A stretch of DNA of 64,000 nt from Lytechinus pictus (Eukaryota): assembly GCF_037042905.1 (NCBI RefSeq), contig NC_087250.1, positions 7,194,001-7,258,000 on the forward strand. Direction: 5' to 3'. How positions within the stretch are numbered: the first letter of the stretch is position 1; every line of letters begins with the position of its first letter. Position numbers and translations under genes: made by a program. The notes below the pieces were generated by a model, which had not been told where the DNA came from, did no database searches, and was given only the letters and a program-made list of their open reading frames with translations. Positions 50,401 to 62,400 of the stretch are shown here, one piece after another.

Positions 50401-53400
50401 TTTTTGAGGAATTACTTCCTGCCGGTACCCATTCACCTCACACGGGTCGAGTGCAGCACTCTGTAGGTGAATTCCTTGCTAAAGGAATTTATGCCATGGC
50501 TGGGATTTGAACCCACGACCCTCTGTTTTGAAGTCTGGAGACTAATCGACTGGGCCACAACGCTCCACACTCAAGAGAGGGAAGGAGGAAATAGAGGATG
50601 GGGGGGGGGGGTCAGAGTGAAACGGTAATGTTGCAGATAGATAAATACGGGTGGAAATGAGCAGGATGAACAAGTAGAAATGTGTAATCTGTACGGTAAT
50701 AAAAGATCCTTTTTTTTCTATCTCCTCTTCTCTCGTTCTTCCTGCTTCATCTCTGTTTTCCTTCTTTCTCCTCCTTGTCCTGTTCCTTCACATCTGATTC
50801 ATCCTCTCATCCACCTCATCCTTCTCTCTCTTTATCCCCCGTTCCTTCTCTTCTTCCTCCTCTTCCCCCTTCTCCATCCATCTTCCGCTTCTTCTTTCCT
50901 GTTTCTCCCCCTTCTCCTCCTTCTTTTTCTTCTTCTTCTTCTTCTTCTTCTCCTTCTCTTTCTCCCCCTTCTCCTCTTTCTCCTTTTCTCTCCTCCCCTT
51001 TGTCCCCATCTTCTTCCTCGCCGTCTCTTTTTCCTCTTCTTTCTCCTCAATTTCCTACTCCTTTTTCTCCTCCTTTCTCTTTCTCCTATCCCATTGACAT
51101 GTTTTGTTCTTTCTCTCCCTTCTTTCCCCTATTAGTTGGATCAGCCCTCGAGTCCTACGACCCTCTCGCCGTCATTGAAGAACTCCTTCGCCACCGAGCA
51201 GACCCCATCGCCACCGACCGAGAGAGCCACACCGCCTTGCATTACGTCTCTTCTGGCAGCTCACAACTCACCGACGAACTAGCCATCAGGCTCATGGCCA
51301 TTCCTTCCCTGGCCAACTCCTGCGATGGACGATCCGTTGCGCCGATCCACGTTGCCTCGAAGAGCGGGAGTGTTGATGTCGTGGTAGCGCTTCTAGACCA
51401 TGGGGTTGATGTCAATACAAGAGGCTATGCTGGGTCAACGCCGCTTCATGTTTCGGTGAGTTTATGATTCCGGTGAATCTATATTTGACATCTTCGGCTT
51501 GGAGTCTGTTGCATAAAGAGTTGCAATTAAACGCAATTTACTCAACAACTAACTGACTTAGGGGGTGTTTCAAGAAAATTTTTGCAATCAATTGCAAATA
51601 TTCTGTTGGAATTAATAGATCAATAACTGTCGCAAAGTAGTTAAAATTGCATGTTTGAAGAAGCAGCTTATCAATCAATCGCATATTCACAATTTATTTC
51701 AAAACTTGTGATTGATTTAGGGACCGATAATAAACTTGCAATTGATCGCAAGTTTCTTGCAATGCCCCATTACTGACTTAGGTGCAAAGGATGGTGTGTC
51801 CCTTCGCTCTCCTTCGGGTAATCCTTTTCCATTCGGTTCTACTTCAGTCTAGATCTTCAGCATCCAGTAGAGGGAGACCCACATCACGTCTGACTTGGTC
51901 CCTCCATCTGGAAATTGATAAAAATCAATTGAAACTTTAGTTTTAATCAATCGGAACCATTTTCATATTGGCTGTTTGACCTTTGCACTCAAGATAATTG
52001 AATTTCCTTTTAAGTCAATTTCAGGTTCAGAAATCAATCACAAATTTGTAATCGATTGCAAATTTACAACTGATAGTTGGTGTGCGTCTTGCAACTGAAT
52101 GTATGACTTCTGAAGTTTAGATTCTTTGAATTTGACCCTTGACCTTTGAACTTTAACCTTTGTATGTGACCTCTTTGGTTTAATTTCATTCTGCTTCAAA
52201 CTGGTCAAACTCAGGTTGCTAAACCATGAAGCTGATATCTTTATTGCAGATGTTGTTGGTTCATATTTGACATCCCTGAATTTGCATGAGACCTTTGATT
52301 AATTTCTTTTAGGCTCAAGCTGGTCAAACTCAAGTTGCTAACACCTTGCTAAACCGCAGAGATGATATTCTTATTGTAGATGTTGTTGTTCACCTTCGAC
52401 ATCCCTGAATTGACCCTTGACCTTTTAACCTTTGCACGTGACCTTTGACATTTGCAAGCGACCTTGATTAAATTCTTTCAGGCACAAGCTGGTCAAACTC
52501 AGGTCGCTAACACCCTGATAAACCAAGGAGTTGATATCCTTATTGTAGATGTTGTTGGTTCATATTTGACATTTAATCTTTGCATATTACCTCTGTGATA
52601 GCATTTCTTTCAGACTCAATTAAGCTGGTCAAACTAGGATCGCTAACACATTGTTAAACCGTATATATGACCATACTAGATGATAGTGGTTACAGATTTG
52701 ACCTCATCGAATGGATTCTTGACCTTTAACCTCTGCATGTGACCTCTTTGGTTTCAAGCTGGTTAAACTTCAGTTGCTAACACCCTGCTAAACCACGGCA
52801 CTGATATAACTATGGTAGATGTTATTGGATATATACTTGACCTAACTGTATTGACCCTTGACCATTGCACTTTAACCTGTGCATGTGACCTAATATGTTT
52901 CAATTCATTCAGGCTCAAGCTGGTCAAACTCAGGTCGCTAACACCTTGCTAAACCACGGCGCTGATATCACTATTGTGGATGACAGCGGTAACACGGCTG
53001 TAGATGTAGCTAAGACAAAGAGGATGAAATCTGTTTTAAGAGGTAAGAGCAATCAGATGGCTTATCAAATTTACAGATTTACTGCTTATCAAATTGTCCT
53101 GCGGTTGAATGACTTGAAACACTGCTGAAGATGTAACTAAAGCAAAGAGGATGAACTCGTGAGTTTCATGAAAGGTCTTGTCGGACATTTTTTCCAACAA
53201 GTACTGATTTGTCCGGCAGATTCAAGGGAAAATGTCAGATCTGACAAGTTGTCAGACAAAAAAATGTTGATGAAATGCTCCCCATGAGGCTAATTGTTCA
53301 ATTAAAAAAAAAAGTTTACGTGTGATAAAAAAACGTATATTTAAAGAAAGTTCAGTGAGAGGATTCATCTGTGGGGTTGTCATGGTCTAGTGGTTATGAC

Positions 53401-56400
53401 TCTCGTCTTTCAATCTGAAGGACTTGGTTTCGATTCTTTCTAAATTTAACTCACCTTGTGCTGCACTTGCCCCAGGTGAGGTGAATCGGTACCCGGTAGG
53501 AAGAAATTCCTTGAATGCTGCAGCACCTATATGGCAGCACATCTAGATCGGGGGTAATAATAGCAGTGCTTTGTATCCTCAGGCAAAAAGTGCTTGATAA
53601 ATCCAGCTATTATCTCCATACCTTCTTTGCTTTGACCTTTGACCCTTTGACTTTTGACCTTTGACCCTACATAGATGCATGGATGGACGTAACCGACAAC
53701 AAACAAGCTGAGGTGCTGAGTCCCGTCAAGCCACCGTCTCGTCTGGAAGATCGTAGTCCTAGACAGACTCGAGTTCATAGTCTTACGTCAACCTCGCCAC
53801 CCACTGAGGGACATGGAAGTAAGTGACCCTATAAGACCTTGTGATGTCGCCCTCATCTGACCGACCGTAAAATGCACACAAAAAAACAGGGTCACTATTT
53901 TGTTCATTTAGGCCACCCCCCCCAAAAAAAAAAAAAATATTGAAAATATACAAATGCAATGTTTTTGTGAGAAAATTTCAGATTTGGGCGAAGAATTTGC
54001 TCAAATTTTTGTTAAATGGCTTTAAAAAGAACTCTGATATGTCTGACTGCATTATTGTGTAAATTGTCTCATGCGCAATTTAGTTTGTGCAGTGCTGTAG
54101 CGAAGTTATTAAAAAAAAAAGAATATAGAAAAATGAAAACCTACCAAATGACCCAACTTTCTGATATCGGGCCTATGAGGGCAATATAACAAAAAGAATT
54201 AAGGCCTTTTCTATGCAGGCCCAGTTTCTTGAAATGTGTCACCCCATAGAGGTAGTGTCTTGCATTTTTTCATTGTCATTAATGCTAGCAATTACATGTA
54301 CAAATGGAACAATATTACTGCTATTATTATTATTGCTATTGTAATATTATTATTATTGTTATTATTTTTATCATTATTATAATTGTTATGATTAATATCA
54401 TTGTTACTATTATTATCATTATCATCATCACCATCATAATTATCATCATCATCATTATCACCATTATCATCATCGTTATCACCACCATTATGATCATAAT
54501 AATTGTTAGTAATTAATCTTATCCAAAGAAGATCCTAAATGTATCTTTCTCCATCCATCTTTTCTCTCATCTTAGATCGCATGATGCAGAAGTTTTCTGA
54601 GGCTCATAGAGCACTACAGGAAGAGGAACAACTTCTGAAGGACGTAGAAGCTGGTCGTTATACGCCTGGGTGAGTTCAGTAGAGATTGAAAAAAAGATAA
54701 CGTTTGATATGATAGTGTGGGACATTTGTCCATTAAATTACAAAAATTGATAAAAATCTATAGCTGTTATTCTATTTGTTTCACCTTTGTATTTTTTAAA
54801 AATAATTACTGCTGAATGAATAATTATAATAACATTACGATTGTAATCTGCCAGAAACTTCACAAATGAGAACTCGGTCTCCTCTTTACCATGTCGTATA
54901 ATGATAATAATCATGATAATAATAATGATAATGTAATAATAATGATTGTGATGATGATAATGATGGCAATGATGATGATGATAGTGATGATAAAAATGAT
55001 AATGATGATGACATTGATAATGTTAGCAATGTTGATGATGTGGATGATGAAAATGATAATGAAAATCATAATGATGATAATGATAATAATGGTAAAGAAA
55101 ATAATGATAATGCTAATAATAATAAAATTTCAATAATTCTCCCTCTGCAGACTTCACACAAAAACGCTGAATCTCCTTAGGACCCCTTCCCGCAACTCGC
55201 CCCTCCTAACCACCACCAACCGAGCCCCTGCCCCTCCCAAGACGCCCCGGGTCCTGGACCCTCTCTCAAGCCCCGCCTCCAAGACCAAATCCTCTGAAGG
55301 TCAAGGGTCGAAGAAGCCACGAAGGTCACTGACCTTCTCTGGTCGGGTCAACAGTACATCCAAGGAACAGAGGTCAAGAGGTCACAACAAGGTCAGCAAG
55401 ACAAGATGTAAGTTATCATCTTCACCTTTACTGTTGGAATGTATAATGGTATCATTATTATCTTTATTTATTTATCCAGAGTAGCCTGTTCAGCTTTATA
55501 CAAAAAATATGTCAAATTACGCAATATGTACAATTAAATGCTCATAAAAAATCACGGGTCTTCCACAGGGCTCTGCATTATTGTCTACATACATAAAACA
55601 CATAATTCATAACATAAAGAAAACTAAAACATTTCATTATGTTCTTGTAACATCTCTAAATTTATTCTCAAAACCTCAATTTTCTTTATTGTTATATATT
55701 TGTATCAGAATTCTTACCATGTGTTGTATATTATCTTATTGTTTACACTACACAAGCTGAAACAGACCTTGCATTCGTCTAAGGCAACAACAAAAACAAG
55801 GCAACTTTGTTTTTGGTGCACTTTTAATCTACCGTACTGCTCTTGAAATTTCACCTGTTCCCAAAAAAGCAGTTTTTAGAAGAAAAATACTGTTCACTCT
55901 ATTACTTTACATAAATTTTTATATTTCAGCAGATCCGACAAGTCTTCAGGTCAGTGGAGACGGATCCCAAGTACCTGTTACTGTAGTAGGCCTGGACCTA
56001 GATGACAATCTAAGGGATGTCAGGTAAGACTAAGCCCAGACTATATTCTATTCTATACATGATTAACCTCGACTGTAGTAGTCCTGGAACTAGATGATAG
56101 TCTAAGGGATGTAAGGTAAGAATAAGCCCAGATTATATTCTGTTCTATACATGATTAGTCCATACTGTAGTAGTCCTGGACCTAGATGACAATCTAAGGG
56201 ATGTAACGGTAAGAACAAGCCCATACTATACTCTATTCTATACATGATTAACCTCGACTGTAGTAGTACTGGACCTAGATGACAGTCTAAGGGATGTAAG
56301 GTATAGAATAATCCCAGATTATATTCTATTCTATACATGATCAATGTCTTCTGTAGTAGGCCTGGACCTATAAACTGATTGGCTATCATTTGACCCTTTG

Positions 56401-59400
56401 CCAAATACCAAACATGATTGAATACTTTGTTGTTATTCTTTTAAATGGGATATGAAGCATATCGTGAAATAACATATGAGCAAATCATGTTCAGTTCAGT
56501 GATTTAGAAAGCACTATTTGGGTTGACAACCAATGACCTTCATCTGCTTTTGCACAAATTGTTATTACAAAGTGGCTCATTGCTAGAAATGGGATGGCTA
56601 AGCCAGGATAATAAAAACAGTCCAATGCACACTGCAGAGATTTCATGATAATAGTTACACCGATGTGTTGGCTCAGTTGGTAGAGCATCCGTCTCACAAC
56701 TGGGAGGTCGAGAGTTCAAACCTTGGCTGCGTCAGACCAAAAAGGTGTCAAATGATGGGAGTTGCTTCTACCCTGTTTGGCGTACAACGATTAAAGGGAT
56801 AGAGCCTTGTCGATCTGGCGCTGCACAGCGGCTGCCGGGCCCACGATCAATTGGGCAAAGCAAATTTACAGAGTATTTCATTTCATGTCTATTTCGAACA
56901 ACGAAATATGGATTTGCATTTTCATTTTTTTTTTACATGTTTATTCACTCCTCAGGTTTCAGCGCATAATGCCCTCCGGTGCCAAACAACTCGATCGACA
57001 CGCCTCAACCCAGAGCGACACATCCCTCCACAAACATAGAGGGGGATCTACCCTCCATCGTTTATCAGATCCAAGCCTAACTGATGTAGCCAAGGCCTAC
57101 CATACATTCTGCAATAAGGATTTATCAACCAGCCCGGCATTGGCTCATGTTCCGCCGATACGCACGTCGCAACTCTTGAATCTTGGTAAGAATATATGAA
57201 TTTCTGTAATTCCCTTCATGTTGAGATAAATCAATCATGCTTCAATTTGGTCGTAATCCTGGGGGCCGTTTCATAAAGCTGTTTGACAGTTAAGAGAGAC
57301 TTCATGAATGACTGGTGATCCTTATGCGCTTAATAATCGCCAATGAACATTTTGGTGTATACCATTTACCACAAGAAATGATCACCAGTCATTCTTAATG
57401 TCGCTCTTAGCTTAGAAACAGCTTTATGAAACACTCACCAGTAATGATATCATTATGTACATGAATTTACTGGAATGCTTTTTCTTCCGGTATTCTTAGA
57501 TGAGTCTTACATACATGTACATGCAGACCTGCCAACCAGTACGTTTTAGCCGTATTTAGTACGTTTTTGCAACCAAAATACGGCAGTACGTTTTTTCTTT
57601 GAAAAAAATAAATCGTAATTTATTGAGAAAAATAATCTCTATATGTCTCTATTTCATAAAACGTGCACAAATATGGTTATTAGATCAATGTAATTTCAGG
57701 TAACTTGTTTTTTTTTTCAATCATTTTGTTCAAACCAGAATGAAGATATACACATGTTTTAATGTTTTTTTTTCATCTGCAAGAGCAGTGCGCATTTTAG
57801 CTTGCATGCAGCTTGAGCGCCGCGATGAGCGAGTGCGCCAAGCATTTTATTATGAAATACACTTTTTTGGGGAAAAATACAGTTTTTTTAATCACAGAAT
57901 ACAGTTTTTCATTCCCAGAGGTTGGCAGGTCTGTACATGTAAGTCCAGAAAGTATGTATACCTGACCCTCTGTATGTGAAACCTTCCTGTAGTGATTGTT
58001 TTCTTTGTTTTTTAGTTCATATGAAAGGTTGTAGTGCTCTCAAAGTATAATGTCTTGATCAGTATACAAAGTGAAGTAAAAATAGGAAAAAATGGGGGTT
58101 GGACGTGCGTAAAGGGTTGTTACTTTAAGGACTTGCTCTAACTGAATTTAACACTGAGTAAAAAGCTATTATTAACTTCTAACTGGATCACTTTGATTTC
58201 TTTACAGAACAAATGCATTTGCGGCTGACCTCGCCGAGCCCGAACCCTGAGGCGTCAAGTCTGTACCCAAACTCTCGCAGTGTTCTTCCACACTCGCCAG
58301 GGAACTTTGGTGACAATCGCCACCTACAGGAAACCATCTTTGAGTTTGAGGATGAGGAAGGTGGTGATGGTGATGATAAGAATGAGATGCCAACAATGAG
58401 GCTGAACTTGGAAGAAGTCGTCGACGAGGAGAGCAGAGGTCATCAAGGTTCGCTCCAGAATCGCACCGTCATGTTCAACATCGAAGCTAGTCGTGTCAAC
58501 CCCCTCAAAGATAGTTCTGATTCGGGTCAGGGATCATCCAGGTCGACGGTTAGCCACACCTCCTCTGCTGCGAGCCTTGTCATGTCAAGCCCAAGTCCGC
58601 AGCTTGAAGTCGACCGCAAGGAAGCTGCAAAGAATCGCTTGGGAATCAAGATGACGCCATCTGCCACCAAGGTTCCAGATGAGAGAATTGCACTTTTTCA
58701 AAGAGCACAGATGAAACTTCCAAGCCTTGGTCGGGCCTCGCCTGCCGTCAAACAGTCTCAAGGACAAAAGACAAAACGACAGACAAGTGAAGAGTGCCTT
58801 TCGGTGTTGTCCGTGTCCTCTATAAATGCTGTCATGTCTCCAGATGTTGGAGATGCCAAAGATACAGCAAATGAAGACATCCAGAGCAAATCCTTAGCGA
58901 TTGGTAATGATCTCAATCGTCAGTTGCAGGGTCAACAGAATAGTTTAAATCGGCAGGGTGGGAAACGAAAGATATCTCTTGAGGACAATGCCATGTTGCT
59001 TGAAACAAGAAAGCGATCACTATCTTCCACCAGTGAATCAAAGACACTTACTCCAGCTGCTTCTAGTCAGTCCAGCCGTCCCTCGCCTCTGTCAGGTGGC
59101 AGTGGGACAGCAATGGTAAAAAAGGCTGACGAGCGATTATCTATCGACAGTATGGCTGATAACGCGTCAAAGAAAAACACTGCCCTTGTGACACCATTAT
59201 GTGCCACCAAAGGTACAGCGACCCCTGCTTGCCCTTCCACCAAACGTTTGCCCCATCAGAAAACAGCACAAATCTTTTCTTGTAAGAATGCACAACCTTC
59301 AGCGAACACTGCAAAGAAAATGGCTGATAAGAACCCAAAGACTGAATCTTCCGTACCTGGGACACAAAATGGTACCAAGGGAGAGAAGAAATCAACGCTT

Positions 59401-62400
59401 GTCAGTGCCTCCAAACCGGTTGTTCGGACATTAGAAGTCTTGCCCGTTGCCAAAGTAGATAGCAAATCATCTGGAAAGTTATCTGAAAAGGACACCAACA
59501 AAGGTGATGATCAGGGAAGCTCAAAGCTTGATAAATCTGTTGTGAAAACAGAAGTGAAAACGCCGAAGGAAAAATCAATTACAAGCAGTGATACTGTCAA
59601 GCCAGACAAAACAGGGAAGTCAGAAAGTAAAGCAGTGATCAACAGCAAGGGAAAGACTGGACATGTTTCAAGTAGTATGAAAAGTAGTATGAAAAAGGAG
59701 GACCGTAGATCTGATCTTGTGAAGCCAGCCTCAGATCTTGCTAACAAAAAAGCATGTAATAAGACAGATAAAAAGACTGTTACTTCAAAATCACAGAGAG
59801 AACTTGGTGGAGGGCCTGAAGGGAAAAGTGCAATAAGTGTAAAGAAGGGTGCTGCAGCTCCAACTAACAAAGCCGCATGTAAAACGAAAAATGACCAGGG
59901 TAAAGTGAAAACGGGGAAAAAAGAAGAAGCTGAAAAGAAGTTGATCACTTGGAGAATATCATGTGATGATGATGATGATTCATCAGAATCAGACTTTGAT
60001 AATGAGCAACAGCGATTTGTTGAAGAAGACATTCTTGTTCCAGGGAGAGATCGGAAAGAGCAGAAGGTCTTACGGAAAGGAAGTACAGTTCCTCCATGCA
60101 CAAAGACAGACGACTTTGAGGACCTTGCAGAAAGTAGCGATGCTGAGGATGTTTTTGAGGAAGTGATCTTCAGTGATGAAGAGGACACACCTACAGACAT
60201 CGGTAAAGCTAAGACAAAGCTTATCAAGGACCCATCTAAGATATCCTCAAAGCACCAAAAGCCACCTACATCACAGGGATCCAAGGCAGTTCAAAAGTCC
60301 ACAGTTAAACCTCCAGTAGCAACAAAGAAACCAACACCTGGTACCCAACAGCAGAAGAGTGTTGTCAAGGAATCGGCTAAGGCAAAAGGAACCTTTGTAA
60401 AAAAGCCCCTGAAAACAGAAACGCAGAATGAGACAGTCAAAGGCAAGGTAGCCGTCAAAGGTATGTCTGTGACGAAGACACTGTCAAAGCAACCTAGTCC
60501 AACTGATAATACAAATACCCGCAAGGCTGCTGAGAAAAGCATCTTGAGTGTTTCACATCAGAAGCCTTTGAACACTTCAACCAGCAGCAAAGTCGAGAAA
60601 GAGATTAACAAGGAAAAGCAGCCTCCGGAGAAAAACAGCTCAAATGCTTTGAAGCAAAAGCCTTCCGAGGTTGTGAAAGATGGTAGAAGTGATGTTAAAG
60701 GAGTGGACAGCAAAGAAAAGACGGTACTTAAAACCGTACAGCAAAAGACAAATGTGAAGAATGCTGCGTCACCGGCGAAAGTTCAGAACAGTTCTGTAAG
60801 TTCAAAAGTAGAAAACAAGCAAGATGCTCCACAGGTGAAGTCTAGTGTTGCAATAGATAGCAGTAAGGAAGACCTGAAGGTCTCTGAGAGACTTGAAGGT
60901 GAAGCAATTGAATTTAAAGGTGTTGCTTCAACAGAAACAGGTGAAAGTTTAGAGGTCAATCCTGCCGGTCAGAATTACATTGACCCTGCTGTAAAGGTCA
61001 TAACATCAGAACAAGGTGATGACATTCATCTGAACCCAATCAGTCCAAAAGAACCAAAACCTGGGAATAATTCCTTCAGGAAAGGGAAGTACAAGTCTCC
61101 AAACACCTCGCCTCGTGATTTTCCTGCTTCAGAGGCCGCAGTGCCGGAAAAGAAGCCTGTCCGTGACCCAATGGCTGCCAAACAGTCCCCGGTGATCATG
61201 GATATAGTGGAGATGTTTAAGTCGGCCAGTTCTGGAACATCCCCCGATGTCAAACTTGAGGTCTTGGGAAAGATCAAGGATCGTGTTGCTAGTGTAAAGG
61301 GTCCTGTGAAGAAGCTGGTGAAGAATGTTCCAAAGAAGGTCTCGGCTACTGTGCAAGCAAAAGGAAATAAGGGAAAGAGCAAGGACCGAATTGGCAGTGG
61401 TGGGAAGAGTAAAGGAAGAGTTGGAAGTGGAGGAAGTAGGAGCGGTGATGGGTCAAAGGTTATGAAAAAGACCAAGAAATCAAATGGAAGGACAAAGTCA
61501 AAGAAGAAGATGAAGGAAGTGAATTACAGCCTGTTGCCAGATTCAGAGCAAAACAACACTGCCTTCATCACAGGTCAGGGCTGGAGCATCAAGACCTCAA
61601 GGAATGAGAACGATGATGTTATCCTCCAGGAGAATAATCAGGACGATTCCTCAGACGATGATGTGGGAAATCTCGAGCTTCCTAACCTTGGTGAATCGCA
61701 GCTCAGTCCGCACAACTCCCTGAAATTGGATGAGTTGGTCGTGATGAGGTCAATATCTCTGGAAGAAAAGAAGAATTTGGTGAACATCTTGAGCCCGCTT
61801 GAGATGAATGCTCCTTACTTTATTCCAGACACCATGGGCACAATCAAGGAGTTTGTCGACTCTCTCAAAAGTGATTCTTCAGAGATCAGTGCGGTGAAAG
61901 CTGCGGTGAGGGACAATCATTCCGATTCTCAAACTCAAGGCAATGTGACTGAAAATGTAGATCCAAGAGAAGAAAGGTCTATGGCTCATGCGGAGACAGA
62001 TTCGACTAATCTTGATCACGGAACGAATACTGATACTAAGAAGAGCCCTCCAGTTCCAGATGTAAGGGTTAGGAAAAGCAGCACCCATTCCCAGATGGAT
62101 AATGCCATACATAATCCTGAACATGACAGTGGACACCTTGGTCTTACTGGAGAGCTGTCAAATTACGATACCAACCCTGAACTCCTCAAGGTTTTCCACA
62201 TCAAGGATCACTATGAGACGGTGTCTTCTCAAGGGTCACGTCGAACTTCCATCGCTTCAGACGAGGAAGCAGTGCGGGAACATCTAAGTTTGATTCTGAA
62301 CAAACCGGACAGCGGGAGTGATGCGAATGAAGACCAAGGTGGTAGCAACATGAGAGGACAGTCTGGTGAAGATTCACCAGGACAAAGAAGAGAGCCGAAG

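Noticed and set aside
50680..51135. Leu/Phe-rich, Ser/Pro-rich and Arg/Lys-rich ORFs; poly-Ile and poly-Met ORFs at 54304 and 54891
   Set aside because: Low-complexity intronic tracts.
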